Shown here in pieces: positions 24,311-37,924 of a DNA stretch of 64,000 nt. Made by a program: the position numbers and the translations under genes. The notes beneath the pieces were generated by a model. It did not search any database and was not told where the DNA came from. It worked only from the letters and a program-made list of their open reading frames with translations. The DNA is from Camelus dromedarius (lineage: Eukaryota). The stretch covers positions 73,782,001-73,846,000 of the forward strand of contig NC_087437.1 of NCBI RefSeq assembly GCF_036321535.1, given 5' to 3'. Numbering within the stretch: the stretch's first letter is position 1; the number at the start of each line of letters is the position of its first letter.

Positions 24311-26279
24311 TAATTATTTCTCAAGATTCTTTGAATCAGAAATGCTTGAGACTAAAAATAAAACTCAAAAAAGGTAGCTCACCCCCCACCATCCTGTCAT
24401 AAATAAGATCCCATATGGTAGAAGGGATTCTCACATAAACATGGCTAACGATTCCCAGGGTGTCAGTAATCATGCCTATTGCAATGTGCTGCTTCTTTGT
24501 GGATTTTCCTTTTCGTGATCCCCGCTCACGCAGGAGCAAGTAAACATGGATCTAAATCTTTGCTGATTATGATAGTAAGGATTTGAAAGGTCAAAGTCGT
24601 AAACACCAACTACCTGGATTATCTGTGTGGGAATCTCGTCAGGCAGTGTCTTCTTCTCTTCTTGCCTACCCTCTTGTGCTCTGTTCTAGTATTCCTAGCT
24701 TCTAAATTGTTGCCTTGAAATTGGACTTGTATCTCTGCTTGGATTCTTTGGAACGGCTCCTCAGTTGGATGGACATCCCTTTTATCTGTGCTGTGTCGAA
24801 TTACCCTGATAGCCCATCACATCAGGCCCGTTCCTTACCCTCTGATCAGTCCTTGGCTCCCACTTAGCCAGATCAGAAGACTTATCATTGATATTGTTCT
24901 CTGTGTGGTTGTTCTGCATGAATGAGAAATCCTATAGTAGTGATTAATTTTTAACCAGACATAAAAGTAAGCTCTGGCAGTTTTTACTGGGCCCAGTAAG
25001 AAAGCAAGCAAGAAGCGTAAGCAGTTATTTTATCTATTCTGCCTCCTCTGGATGATTTTGGTTGGTTTATTTATTTATTTATTTATTTTTTTGAAGGAGG
25101 GATAGTATTAGATCCTTTATATGATATTTCAGCAATTTAGTTTATCTAATATTTGTGGGTCTTTTTTTTTTTTTAATTTTCTGTACTCCAGTTTTTGTGT
25201 TAAACTCTGGGGATTAAATGAAGAATACACAGACATACATTCATGATTTATGGTTCATTGGGTGTTGGAGACTGGATGGGTCAACTTTCCCCTACATTTC
25301 ATGTTTCCAAGTAGAGAAGAACTGTCGATCTTGTGTTTTCTCTACCCCTTTACCACTCCTTCCCAGAGGAGTTTCGCTGGTTTGTCTGAAGCGGAGTTTC
25401 GGAGTGGGTACTGCCCATGCCTGGCTTCTCCCTCATGGAACCACTCAGACTGGAGTCTTTCTGTCTGCAGGAAGCAAGATCTGCTCTCTGTCCTGTAGAA
25501 AAAGGGACACGTTCCATGCAGGCAGAAGGAATTGGTTGTCCATCTGTGACGAGTAGTAGAGTGAGTAGTAGATACATCTAGCTCGGTGGTATATTTTTAT
25601 CATCACCATTTGCTCATATACCTCAGCCACATCCTTCATTTAAGTGTTTTTTTTTTTTTCTTTTTTAGAAGTCACTACTAAAACTGATATTTAAAAATCT
25701 CTGTTTGATTCCCGTGTCTATCTGTCTTTCTTGGGCAAGGAAGGATTATTTATTAAACCCTAAAACCTCAACAGTGGTAATGGAGACAAATATATTCAGT
25801 CTAAGGCGTGTTAAGATAAGTGTAACAGAGAGTGTAACCACCGCACAGAGAAGGGGAGCCTTATCCACACTGGGGGGACTGTGGAGGTCAGGAAAAGATT
25901 CTTTTACATGCACTCACAGAATTCTCTGTTCTTTTTAGCTCATGCCATGTAAAAACCAGTGGATTCTGCAATATGTTGGGACTTTATTAATTATGGAATC
26001 AGGCCACTGAAAATAATTTTCAAGTTTACATCAGTGTATGTAATTACACCTTACTTTAGAGTTATCTATTCATTTATTCAACAAGTTGTTATTAAATGTA
26101 TATCACGTGAAGTTTTTTTTTTTTAGAATCTGGAGATATGCAAGTGAAAAAGAAAATTTAAAAATCCCAAAATCTCATGAAACATACATTCTGAGGGGGC
26201 CGGAGATTATGATTTGTGGTTGGTTTCAAGAAACATTACACTTTTTAAAATTTATTTGAATAAGTAAGCCGTAAATCAG

Positions 26280-26480
26280 AGCCTGGATATTTGCTGTTTT
26301 TCCTGCCTGGAACAATCCCCCCAGGTCTGCATACAACTTGCTTCCTCATGGGTTTCAAGGGCATTTCTGACCCACTCAGTGTATTATTACAGCTGGTGCC
26401 TCCCGCCAGCACTACCTCTGCCCCGTTTCCCTGCTGTATGTTTTCTGAGAGTAGCTATCCCCATCTGACATACAAAGTAC
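26280..26480 (+). mobile_element. L2 fragment
   Basis: ttgctgtttttcctgcctggaaca...cttgcttcctca...ccctgctgtatgtttt. Confidence 0.55.
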
Positions 26481-26614
26481 CATCTACTCCGAACACCACA
26501 GAGCTTCCCCTTCTCCCACAGTCAAATCCTAAACTCCCAGGAAAGATTCAGGACCCCTGTAACCTACTCCCTACTCCACCTCCTCTCTGATCCCATTTGT
26601 TTTTCTCACTCCTC

Positions 26615-27290
26615 CAGGGTGATTTTGCTCTGGGTAAGATCAAAAGTGGTTTGAGCAGAAGAGTTTGATGCCATGACTTAGGCTTAAAAGGCTCTCTCTG
26701 GCTACTGGGCTGAGGACAGACTGAAACGAGGTGGGTGGGATGGTGGCCAAAGTTTGAAGCAGGGAGACCAGCCAGAAGGCTCCTGCATTAATCCAGGAAA
26801 GAGATGACAATGGTTTGGAACTGGGTGGCTACAAACCAGGGCCCAGGAAATGGAAAGAAGTAGTCAGTTCTAAACTTATTTTGAAACTAGGACCAACAGG
26901 ATTTGCTGAGAGATTGGATTTGGAGTCTGAGGGGAAAAGAAGAGTCGAGGCTGATTCTCCTGCTCCTGTCTGAGAAACTGGAAAGACGGCATCACATTTA
27001 ATAGGCGGAGATGACTGTTGGGGGAACGGGGGGGCTGGAAACCAGGAATGCATTTTGGGACATGTTGCATTTGAGATGCCCATTTGACACCTTAGCCAAG
27101 GTGCTGAAGAGGCAGTTGGAAACATAAGACTACATTCTGAGGGAAAATCTGGGCCGGAAGTCTAAATTTGAGAGTCTTTGACATATGAATGGGATTTAAA
27201 GTTACTAGACTGAGTAAGATGACCAAGGTAAAGAAAAGATTCAGAGGACCGATCCCTGAGGTACTTAGATGTTTTGAGACAAAAGTTTAG
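26615..27290 (-). mobile_element. L2 LINE (L2a-like) fragment
   Basis: gcagggagaccagccagaaggct...aatccaggaaagagatgacaatggtttgga...caacaggatttgctga...ttttgggacatgttgcatttgagatgcc...ggcagttgga. Confidence 0.85.
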
Positions 27291-28729
27291 GTAAATTCCT
27301 AAGGTACTCAAAACTTATTAGTCACTGTTTTGTCTCAAGTAAATACACAGACATACACACACAAGTACAGACACACACGTTTTAAAAGCCATGATTACTG
27401 TAGGTTAATACTGAGTTCTTACTGCTCCACAGTCCAATTTAAGGTGATGATCTGTGAACAAAATCCAGCTTTTTCTCATAGACCCATAATGAGACCCATA
27501 ATGAGAAAGGGAGATGGGGTGGCACAAACATGCTTTGTATTCTGTCCACACAAAATGGTCATTAAGCAATTTTCGAGTTACAGTGAACTCATTGCTGGAT
27601 CACATCTCACCACGCTGAGTCTCATTGTACAATCATATGATATTTTGCCATACAGTAAATTTTGGATTCCGTTGATCAGCATGTCTCATTAAGGCATATC
27701 TTGTTATGTGCAGAATGTGTTATGTGAAAATTCCTAAGTAAAAATCTCAATAGAGAAATGTTCTTGGATGAGAAGTTTTGTTGAATGTTTTTTGATCAGC
27801 TTTGTCCACTGATAACTCCCTATAAACACACTGCACACTCTTGATTCTATTAATGTAGAAGACTGTATTCTATCCGTATAACCTACTATTTCCTAATATT
27901 TTTGTAAATTATTAAAATCACAACTAATTTGTTTATTCCTAGCCAATACAACCATATTTACTGTTGATTTCACTACATTCAACAAAACACAACTGCACGT
28001 GTTTGCAGTCTGTCCTCCAGAAATCTAAAATCAAGTGCAGGTGTAACTTGTCTAAATATTTGTATATTCCTTGAATTTTTGGAAATCAAATAGTTTTAGT
28101 GGCTTTTTTCCTTTCAATCGTTCTTTTTCTCTCGAATCATCGAATAACTCTGACCTTAAATATCTCTTCCTGCCATTGGCTATACCTTTTCAAGTTTGGC
28201 TCATCAAGCTTTGTATAGTATCTTTTATTTCCAAAATGTAGAAAATACTCTCTTTTTTTTTGGTGAGAATTATCTTCCAAACACATTTTACAGTCATTTA
28301 TCATGCATTAGTTTGTATTCTTTGTTTTATTGTATTTAATGTGTGTTGCCAACAAGGCTTTGAGCTCTAGAGTCAGAGTCACAAAACATATTAAAGCAAA
28401 AGCAATAAGAACTAATTTCTCAGACATACAGGGAGCTGCATACTTCACAAAAAGTTAGCGTTGCCCTGGGACCATTTTCTGTTTATTTCAATATTATCAC
28501 TATTGCTTAAAAAGAAGTTTTTGCAGTTCTTGGAATTGCCTGTAGAGCCATTTTGAGTAAAGTGAATATAAACAAATAAATCTTTTTATCTTCGCATTAC
28601 ATTTCTTCTAAAATACACCCTTAAAATGTTATGAAGTGAACACCCATCTTTCTGATTGCATTGGACTCTGAAAGACCTTTGGGTATTTCTTTAAAATAAA
28701 TATATCCTCAAATACTTTTCTTTCTAAAA

Positions 28730-29365
28730 GTTGAACCTAAATCTGCTAAAGCCCCTAAAACTAATTATCAATTTACAGGAAATCAAAGGGACAGAAAAAA
28801 AAGTGTTAAATGTTGCCATAGGAATACAATCTACAACATCCAACCTGAAAAAGTCTCAGGACAAAAAAAGTCCGAATTTTTCCAAAAATAATTTGCAATG
28901 AAAAAATAAAAGGTGATGGTGATAGAAACTATAAAACAAAGAACTTTTAAAAAATCTTAGGAAACATATGAACTATTTCCAATGTATAGATCTTTTGGAA
29001 TCTTGATTTGAATAAACAAGCTATAAAAAATGAAACAATATAGGTAATTTGAACACTGAGTAAACAGTTAATGATATTAAAGAATTGTTATACTATTTAC
29101 ATTACTAAAATGGTACTGTGGTTATATCTTTTAAAATAGTCCTTATCTTTTAGTGATTCAAAAAACTATAAAAAATTAGAAATGAAATGATATGATGCCT
29201 AGAATTGTATTCAAAATAAGGTTGAAGAGATGGGTCAACAGCATACGAAGCACGATTGGCTATGGGTTTATAATTGTTACAGCTGACTGATAGGTACATG
29301 GTGATTTATTATACTATTCTCTCCTCTTCTGTTTATGTTTGAATTTTTCCATTAAATGTTTAAAT
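28730..29365 (+). mobile_element. Old L1 3' UTR (L1MC-like)
   Basis: tttgaacactga...atgatattaaagaattgtt...atggtactgtggttat...gaaatgatatgatgcct...ggtacatgg...tttattatactattctctc...tgtttgaatttttccat. Confidence 0.8.
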
Positions 29366-32089
29366 AATAAATGTACCTCCTCAAGTGAAGAGAGCCTGCC
29401 CTGGCTGATAATACTCAAACAATATCTACCACCACAGAAGGCAGTTTCCACAGAAAATTATAAAAATATTCTCTGCATTAGAAGCATCATCAGATGTTCC
29501 ACAGCTTCTCTTCCATTTGGAGCCTCTCCTTTCCTTTTATCCTTTCCCTCCTTATCATAGGTGACTGACGTGGATTGGATTAGACATTTGTTATACAGAA
29601 AGTTCTGGCACGTTTTTTAATTAGACGAATTTTTGATAATCCTTTAGTGCTTCTACTTTCATGTCCTCAGTACTGGGTACATGACAGAGACTTAATAATA
29701 CAAGCCAAATGCTCACTGACGGAGAAGCAGTAGCCTTCTCCCCTGCTGTCGCTTCAGCTGGCACCACTCAAATCCTCCAGGGCTTCATTCTTGGAAACAG
29801 TCTTTCAACTCTATCACTTGTTCTAATGTCTCTGTAGCAACACATATTTAGGTCATTGTCTTGGCTAAAGTCGCTTTACTATACAAGTATAGGGATTTAT
29901 CACAGCATATACTAAGTACCAAGAGCTAACGAAAATTAGAGTTGTAATGAGTTCAGTTATGTGCAAGTGGGAGTGGAATGATTTAATCCAGTCCTCTTTG
30001 CCTCCTTTTGCCTCATGTCTATCTGTGCCTGCGTCTTTTTATGGGTTCCGTAATGTTTGCTGAATCGAACTGAATTGATTTTGTTGCTTTCTTGGTCCCC
30101 GGGGCACATTGAGCTGACTTCTGTCATCCATTCCCACTTCCCTTAGCAAGATTGTGAATAACAGCTGACCGTTCTTCAGTTTGTACATGAGTCTTAGATT
30201 CGTTCTTGACTTCTTAACTTTTAAATTGTCCATCTTACAAATTTGTCTTCCCCTTTCCACACAAAAATATTGGGGTCCATACTCTGATAGGGGCTAGAGA
30301 TTCAGAAATGAATGAAGCTACACAATCTCCACCTTCAAAGCGCTCTGTCTGCTGTTCTGTCTATGCGCACAGACTGAGGAAATTACCTCAGTTATCTTCA
30401 TTCACTTGCCACTTCACACTCCGTAAGAGCCTTGTGCTCCCAAACTGCAAGATTTCACTCTGCACTCCTACTTCAGATCATTTAGAAGATGTTAGATTAA
30501 AAACGTTCCCGGAATTATTCATGACGAACCCCACTCTTTACCCTTTGCCATAGATAGAAGTAATCAATTATCCTTACCAGTAATTTGCTTCTTAAAAGTC
30601 ACTTCTTTTCTGACCAAATGACATTTTCCCTTCCCTAATCTCCTTGTGACTCTATTTTAAAACAATCTTTAGTGTGATTTATTGCAAATATTTTCAATAA
30701 TCTACATTTACTCTTTTGCACTCCAGCCTAACTGCACCACCTCACCCTCAACAACCATAGCGAAACATTTTTTCTTTGCAATTGCAAACATACTGCCTGC
30801 AGATTGTGAAAAGTTATAAAAATAGAGAAAAGTTTTAAATTGAAAATTATAGTCATAACCTCGACTAATTATTCTTTTATTTAAAAATTTTTCAAAGAAC
30901 TAAAAAATGATCCCATTGTGATCCTGTTAAATTCATATTTTTGGTTGCTTTTAGAATATTTTTCTTTGTTATGGACCCTATGAGCTTGCCAGTGCGGGAG
31001 TGAAAGAGAGACTTGTAGCTCTCCAGGTCACAGAAACCTCTCTGGAATTCTTTTCATGTTCCACAGAAGAAAGTATTCACTCTTCAGGTCTGTTCTGAGG
31101 GGATTTTACACATCTGTGTTTCAGAACAAACTGAACTATATGGGTAAATTACAAAAATGTATATACCATGATTTATGGACCAGAATTTAGGGATTTGATC
31201 TTCCCAACTAGTCAGAGTGGTAAATAACATGCCTTTGGAAATGAATTATTTTTGTCTATATTAAAAGACTGTTTCTAAAATTTTTGTCATCTTTTTTTCC
31301 CTTTTGCTCTTTCTACCTTTTTCCAGAGTGATTAGTATGACCTTGTACTCGCCTCTGCACCACATGCTCCTTTCCAGCATCTCTTTATGCGGATTATCTC
31401 GTTTGAAAAAGTCTTTGGAATTGTAAGGGCAAAGAGAGCTAGTGTCAAACAAGCCCTTTTACAACCTCTGGGCAATAAAATGGTTGATACTTATTCAATG
31501 TTGGCATATTAAATAAATTATTCGAGAAAATCTAGTGTTTGTGAGCCAGAAAAATGTGTATAACACAACTTCAGTTTGGTGTGCCTGTTTTTCTTTGTAT
31601 ACCATGAATCAGAGGTAGATCTTTAAAATTCCATTTAAATTAGGAATTGGTCATAAGCACTATTAATGCTCACTCCTGCTAGAAAACAATTGTAATTTCA
31701 CAGTCTGTAATGAATTTTACAGTTGAGAGCTTTTAAACGTGAGAAGAGAGGCCAGACTTGGTTACTTTCAAGATTCTGATTATAACTATTATCATTTAAG
31801 TACTTCTGGTCAACATTTACCGGGGGTTAGTTCATAGATTTCTTTGCCAAATTGCTTTTGTTTTCCAAAATGCTAATTTTCAAAGTATTTGTGTTTATTA
31901 ATTCTAAATCACTTTGCTTTTAAAAAATCAAAATCAAAGATTCATTTCATATTTAAATTACAGCAATGATTTTCATGATTTTCATGATTAAACATGAATT
32001 TCAAGTTAGATTTTCTACAGAATAAAAAACATGAAGAAACACTGGTAAAATGGAACTGAGGCCAGAAAAAATGGAAGAGCCTTTGGGTT

Positions 32090-32270
32090 CTTTAAGTAAA
32101 TTCAAGGCTGCAGGCTCCACTGGATTGGAAGGGTTCTTAGAAGATGAACAAGGTTCCAGAAGTTTGCAAACAAGCAGATGTGATTTTAGTATACAAAAAC
32201 GGGAAGTTGAAAGGTTCCATAAACCCCAGACTGCTAGTGACTTTGATGTCTACCATGAGTAATATACTGA
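32090..32270 (+). mobile_element. CR1/L3 LINE ORF2 remnant
   Basis: The + frame from about 32152 reads VPEVCKQADVILVYKNGKLKGSINPRLLVTLMSTMSNIL, resembling the CR1 RT-proximal motif VPEDWRRANVTPIFKKGKKEDPGNYRPVSLTSIPGKIL. Confidence 0.65.
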
Positions 32271-32279
32271 TTGATTAAT

Positions 32280-32690
32280 TCTTAATTCAGTCATTAAGTA
32301 ATCATTTATTGAACTCAGATGTGCCCGACATGGTATTAGGTGTTGAGGATACAGAAATAAACAGGAAACTTCATAACTTTAAAGAGTTTATAATCCAGTG
32401 GTGATTACATACATGGAAATAGCAATTAATACAAATAATACAAAGTGGAATTCAAAAGAGCCTGAAGCAGGAGGAAGATTTTAATCTCTTATGAGAAGAC
32501 TCACTAAGATATTAAGAGAGGAGAGTGGGGATGGGGTGGGGAGAGGGAGGCAGGACAAATTGGGGGAAGGGGACAGAGAGAGCTTTTCAGAAGGAAAAGA
32601 TGACATAGGGCAAGGTCTGAAGGTAAAAAAGAGCATGATGCTATTGAGAGGCATATTAGAGGGCACAAAAAGATTCTTGAGCAGGTCATG
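32280..32690 (-). mobile_element. L2 3' fragment
   Basis: catttattgaactcagatgtgcccgacatggtattaggtgttgaggatacagaaataaac...gagtttataatccagtgg...ggcaaggtctgaagg. Confidence 0.75.
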
Positions 32691-32734
32691 AAGGTTATTA
32701 GGATCAGCTTGGGTTTAAAAATCAAATAAATTTT

Positions 32735-32835
32735 TCTGTCTTTCTCTTTGTGTTTCTTTCTTTCTCCCTCCCTTTCTCCTTTCCTTTCTTCTTTCCCTCC
32801 TTTCTTCCCTCCTCCTCCTCCTCCTTCTTCTTTGA
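32735..32835. repeat. CT-rich low-complexity tract
   Basis: Nearly pure pyrimidine run. Confidence 0.85.
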
Positions 32836-33164
32836 CATTTCCTAATTACGACTCCAAATGAATAAAAACAATACAGTTAATATCCATTTCGGAAATTTTG
32901 ACACAAAATTTCTTTTGATATGCCTGTGGACCAAAGTTCAGATTAACTTTATCAGAAGGATTTTAATAAATTAATAATGAATAATTAAAAATAATTAATA
33001 ATAATAATTAATAAATGAATGTCTCTAGAGGCTTAGATGAAGCTCCTCCTTAGTCCTGTGTAGTTGAGTCTTTTTGCCCAAAATTCAAGTAAAAATTTGG
33101 AGACTTTCTATACATAGATCTTAGGGAGAAATTTTGGATTAAATGGGATAAGGTAAATTTTGAA

Positions 33165-33680
33165 AAAAAATTTATAACTATAAAAGTAATACACATTCAT
33201 TGCCAAAAGATTAGAGCCACATAAAAAAGTTGTATGCTAGGTGTTATACACACACATATATTAAGTTTAAATATATATTAACTGAAATTTACTCTAGTAT
33301 TTTGAAACTATCAATTATAAAACTTGATATATTCTTAAATTTTATACATACTTATGTACACACAAACTTTGTAATATAAGATGATATTAAATATCATTTT
33401 TATTTTATTGTTTTCTTAGTTATTGTTATCTTTCCATGTTAATAAATTTTTATCTCACTCATCATGTTGATGGCTACATAATGTTCCATTAGGTAGATAT
33501 ACCATAATTTAATTGACAATCTCCTCCTACTAATATTTAGTAGTTTGACATATCTTGTCAATATAGAGAATGCTTTTACAAACATCTATTTATATTCATC
33601 TACATGTCCTTGCCAGTATATATTTTTAAGTTCTTGGAAATAAAAATACAAGACCAAGGGGTAAACTTCAAATTGTGGTA
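33165..33680 (-). mobile_element. Old L1 (L1ME-like) 3' fragment
   Basis: aaaagtaatacacattcattg...atctttccatgttaataaat...atggctacataatgttccatt...tataccataatttaatt. Confidence 0.6.
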
Positions 33681-33857
33681 CACATGGGCACATCAACAAG
33701 ATGAAATTCAACAGGCACACCAAGACCCTGTAAATAAGCATAGCAAATTGAGAGGCACTATTGCTGAAAAAATACTAAAGGATTTTAGATGATGTTATTC
33801 CATTAAGGTTATGTGCCTGCTTCACTCTGCGTTTTAAAACTGGTAGCAGAATCTACC

Positions 33858-34000
33858 TCAGGGAATATTTAGATATGTGAAGGGACATTTGGGTTGTCAC
33901 AATGATTGGGGACATTGCATACATTTAGTAGTAGATAGTGTGGAAGAAAGAAAGACTTGTTCCGTATGAAATGCCTATTGTGCCATCTTTGGAAAACACC
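33858..34000 (+). mobile_element. MER20-like hAT fragment
   Basis: gacattttgggttgtcacaatgattgggg...gcatacatttagtag...aatgcctattgtgcc. Confidence 0.55.
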
Positions 34001-34449
34001 AAGCAATTGTAATCATAGGTTGTGTTAATAGAATAGTGTCTAAATATGAAGGAAAATACCAATCTATTAACGAAAATACGTCTATATTATTATTTTTTTT
34101 TATTTTATATCATACAGCTTCAGGTATGAATTGAGGAGGGAAATGAATTTCTTTTTACGTACCAACTCTTACTGATTATTAACAATAGCCTAGAAAGTTA
34201 TGGTGAGAGGACTCAGGAATCATCTCTGGACTGAGAATGCTTTAATCAGCTACTACTGTCAGTCAGACTGGTGAGACAGAGGGGTGACAGTACTTAGACC
34301 AAGCACTTCTCATTATCAGCTGGACTGACTGTACTCTTCAGGCAAGAATGACCAGAATTCAGAACTGTCTTATGATGCTATGCACACACTCCGTTTTTTC
34401 AAAATGGCTCTTAGAACATTTTGAGCTTAAGCATAAAAATATTCAGGTC

Positions 34450-34863
34450 TCTTGTGGGCTGAATTGTATATATTGAAATTTGTATATTGAATTTGTATAC
34501 TGAAACTCTAACCTCCAGTATCTCACAATGTGATTGTATTTGGAGATAGGACACTTAAAGCGGTTTCTGAGTTAAAATTGGGCCTTTAGAATGGGTCCTA
34601 GGCCAATCTGACTGGTATCCTTATAAAACGATGAAATTTGGACACAAAGAGACACCAGAAATTCAAACACAGAGGAAAGGCCACATGAGGACACTGAGAA
34701 GGTGGCCATATGCAAGCGAAGGAGAGGGACCCCTCAGAAGAAACCAAACCTGCTGGCACCTTGATCTCGGACTTTAGCCTCCAGAACTGTGAGAAAATAC
34801 ATTTCTATTGTTAAAGTCACCCAGTCTGGGATGTTTTGTCAGGATCCCTGGGAAACTAATACA
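34450..34863 (+). mobile_element. MaLR solo LTR (MLT1A0/B-like)
   Basis: tgtgggctgaattgt...tgtatttggagatagg...ccaatctgactggtatccttataa...cctgctggcaccttgatctcggactt...cctccagaactgtgagaaaata...aaactaataca. Confidence 0.9.
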
Positions 34864-37049
34864 ATGTATTAGTATTTCACTTTGTAAATTTAAATTAAAA
34901 ATTTTCATCATGATGAAATAAATGGATAATGCAGTCTGAATTGTCATTCTATGTGGGACCACTGTTACATACACTGCAGTTAAAGACATAAAAGGATCTC
35001 ATATACTGTGTTTGAGGCCCAATCTATCTAAAAATATCACCTTCTCTTGAATTTTCAAACCACTCTGTCACTGTCTTTTTCTTCCTTCTAGCCTGAAATT
35101 TCCAATTAAAGTTAGCTATTTGGACAACTGGAAAGAAATACACAAAGGAGCCTTGAAATACGGTCATGAGTAAGTATCTTCTTTGCTCTCCTTCCATTGG
35201 AACAAAGGCATGGATAGGCTTATCAGATTAGCTAATTGCTGCTTTGGAAAGTTCACAAGTTCACACACAGTCAGGAGATGAGATCCAGGAAGGAGTTTGC
35301 AAAAATAGGCAAGTGGTGGATGTGTACAGAAGAAATAAGGGAGCAGAGATGAAAAAAACAAAAATCAAAGCAGCTTTAAATTCTCTTTCACTGAGAAACC
35401 AAATTAAGTCTCAAGCCTACAGAGGAGAAAAGAAATCATAATTGAACTCTGAGTCTAGTCTTTGGAAAGAGTGAGGCCAAGAGATGCAAAGAGATCAAAC
35501 TTTTTCTCTGATGATTAAGACTAGAAAGAGTATGTCCCTCATACTACTTGTTCAGACATCCGCCATGACATTTTCAAGCAGGAATAGGTCCTCTAATTCC
35601 ACTTTTGAAGCCTATGTTGTCCTGGAAATGCTGTCACACACTGAGGCCAAACTGGGTATTCATTTCCTGATTGGCACCATTTTGTGATGCTGCTGGTGGG
35701 AGAAGCTTTACAAAGCATGGCTTTGGCATCCCAAAGATAGTGTTTGCCGCTTTGTCAGGAGACGCTCTAAAGACTGAACGCCACTTCTCCAAAAGTGCGG
35801 CTCCTGTCTGTGGACAGCAAAGTGTTTGTGTTGACCCTTCAACAGACAGATGGGAATGCTAGATGCACAATAAAGTGATTCATAATTTTCTAGTATTTCA
35901 ACTGGAAAACGAGTGACTATGCATGTTTGTTTTTAACTCAATAAAAGCTGTCAATTGTCAATAACTCCTGATAAGCTATGGGATCATAGTCTGTTTGACT
36001 TTGCAAATCTTTCTCCAAGATATGTCTTGTATTTGGGAGCGCTGCAGGGTTGAGTAGACAAAGGAAACATATTTAAAATTGCAGATGTTATTTCTAAATT
36101 GTTCATAAGTAACAGGAAACTGCAGGATGATATTTAACTACTCTGTAGGTAGCAGGCAATTTGCATCTGTAATATCAGCATAATGAGTTTAAGATGCACA
36201 TTGATCCCATTTCATTTTATATGAAATGCAACAAAGCATGTTAATGGATAACCTAAAAGCATATAAATCAGGGAAAAATACGAAATGTCATAAAATGCAA
36301 AGCTGTCATAGTAATTGTGCTTGTTTGAAACATCCCACCCAAGGTATCCACAAAGTCTATGGTAATTAATACCAAATGTAATTACAGTGAATAGAGAAAT
36401 GAAGATTTTTTCATTTTCAATTTTTCACGAGACATAGTGGAGGATTTGTTCTAGAAAGATGACCCACAGTAAAATCTTATATGATTGATGGTACTTTAAT
36501 TAAAAATAAGAAGCTATTTCTTAGTCATGTTAGTCTTCCTGTCTCTGAAGTAGCTGACAGACTTTGTCCATGCTGGCCTTTCTTTGTACTTTAGTTGTTG
36601 CTCATTAATTGAATTTTTCAGAGTCATAACTCACTTAAATATTCAAAGGGACATTTGATCCCAGTTAGGCATATGGGAGTTTACTCATTCATCTCAATTT
36701 TGAGAGAAATATATATCACATTATTTCAAGTTATTCTTATTTTATGATTTTGTTTTTCTCTGCGGTTGCCAGTTATTTTAAGAGCAGGATAAGTGCATGA
36801 GAATTATGAGAGTGGATGCTGTAATACGAACTCAACAGAGTCACAGAAGGCGATCACAGATTATTTTTCTGTTTATAAATGCTATTGTTGAGGTGGTTGC
36901 AACTACTGTGAGTCCAGGCTATAACTAGGTAGATAGCTAGGTAGGGAGGGACCACTTATTTTTGCAACTTACTGGTGCTTTCTTGTGCCTTTACCCCAAC
37001 GCACAACTTCAACACAACAAACAAAAGATGTAAAACATACCAATAAGAG

Positions 37050-37830
37050 AACTTTCCAAAGATGTTTGCTTCCTCTAATAATCAGGGCAGCGTAAATTAG
37101 AAACAATTGGATACCATTTCATACAGTTGCAGTTGGTAAAATTTAAGAGTCTAATAATATGGTAAGGGTGTGGAAAAATAAAAATAGTCTCATTGGTAGG
37201 AGACTGACTTGTTACCAAAACTTTGGAAAGCAGTTTGTTAGAGCCTAGTAGAGCTGAAGATGCCCATGGAGTATACTTAATAGCTAGAGTCGTGGATATC
37301 TAGGTATCTATTCTAGAAAAGTCCTCCCAGTGTGCAGAAGGATCTTTGTAGTATTTTTGTAATGGAAGAAAAATGAAAACAACCCACCCAATCACCTCTT
37401 AATAAGGGAATGAAAAAGTGTAGTTTTAATTGATAAGGTAGAATGCTACTTAGTAATTAAAATGAATCAACCAGAGACTCATGTAGCTAGAGCTATATAT
37501 CTATATGGGTTGAGTGATAAAAGGATATTTTACCTTTTGTGTGATAATGTTTATGTAAATTAAAAATATATAAATGATAGTATACATACGAAAAAGATAC
37601 ATACTTGAAACTGATCCACACCCTCAGAGTAGTGGTTACCTCTAGAAAAAGAGGGAGAAGGAATAGAAGGTGAAGTCACAGCTAATATTTTACTATTTTA
37701 AAAGAGTGATCTGGAAGAAATATGGCAAAATGCTAACATTTGATAAATCTGAGTTTTCAACATATAGATATCCATTATATTATTTTCTGTGCTTTTGTGC
37801 ATGTTTGAACTATTTCACATTTAAAATTGT
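37050..37830 (+). mobile_element. Old L1 (L1ME-like) ORF2 end and 3' UTR
   Basis: ctaataatcaggg...gataccatttc...actttggaaagcagttt...gtagtggttacctct...tatggcaaaatgctaacatttg...tgtttgaactatttca. Confidence 0.72.
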
Positions 37831-37924
37831 AAAGTTAAATGTAAATTGACATATTTTATGATTATACCAACATCATTTTTAAGCCAAATGCCATTTCATT
37901 GCATGTGCTTTTTTATGTGTTTTG

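Noticed and set aside
25218..25639. Cluster of overlapping ORFs on both strands
   Set aside because: The local GC rise reduces stop frequency; no recognisable domain and no convincing splice-site pair.
32527..32547. G-quadruplex motif ggggatggggtggggagaggg
   Set aside because: It fits the pattern but lies in a decayed L2 with no promoter context; such motifs are common.
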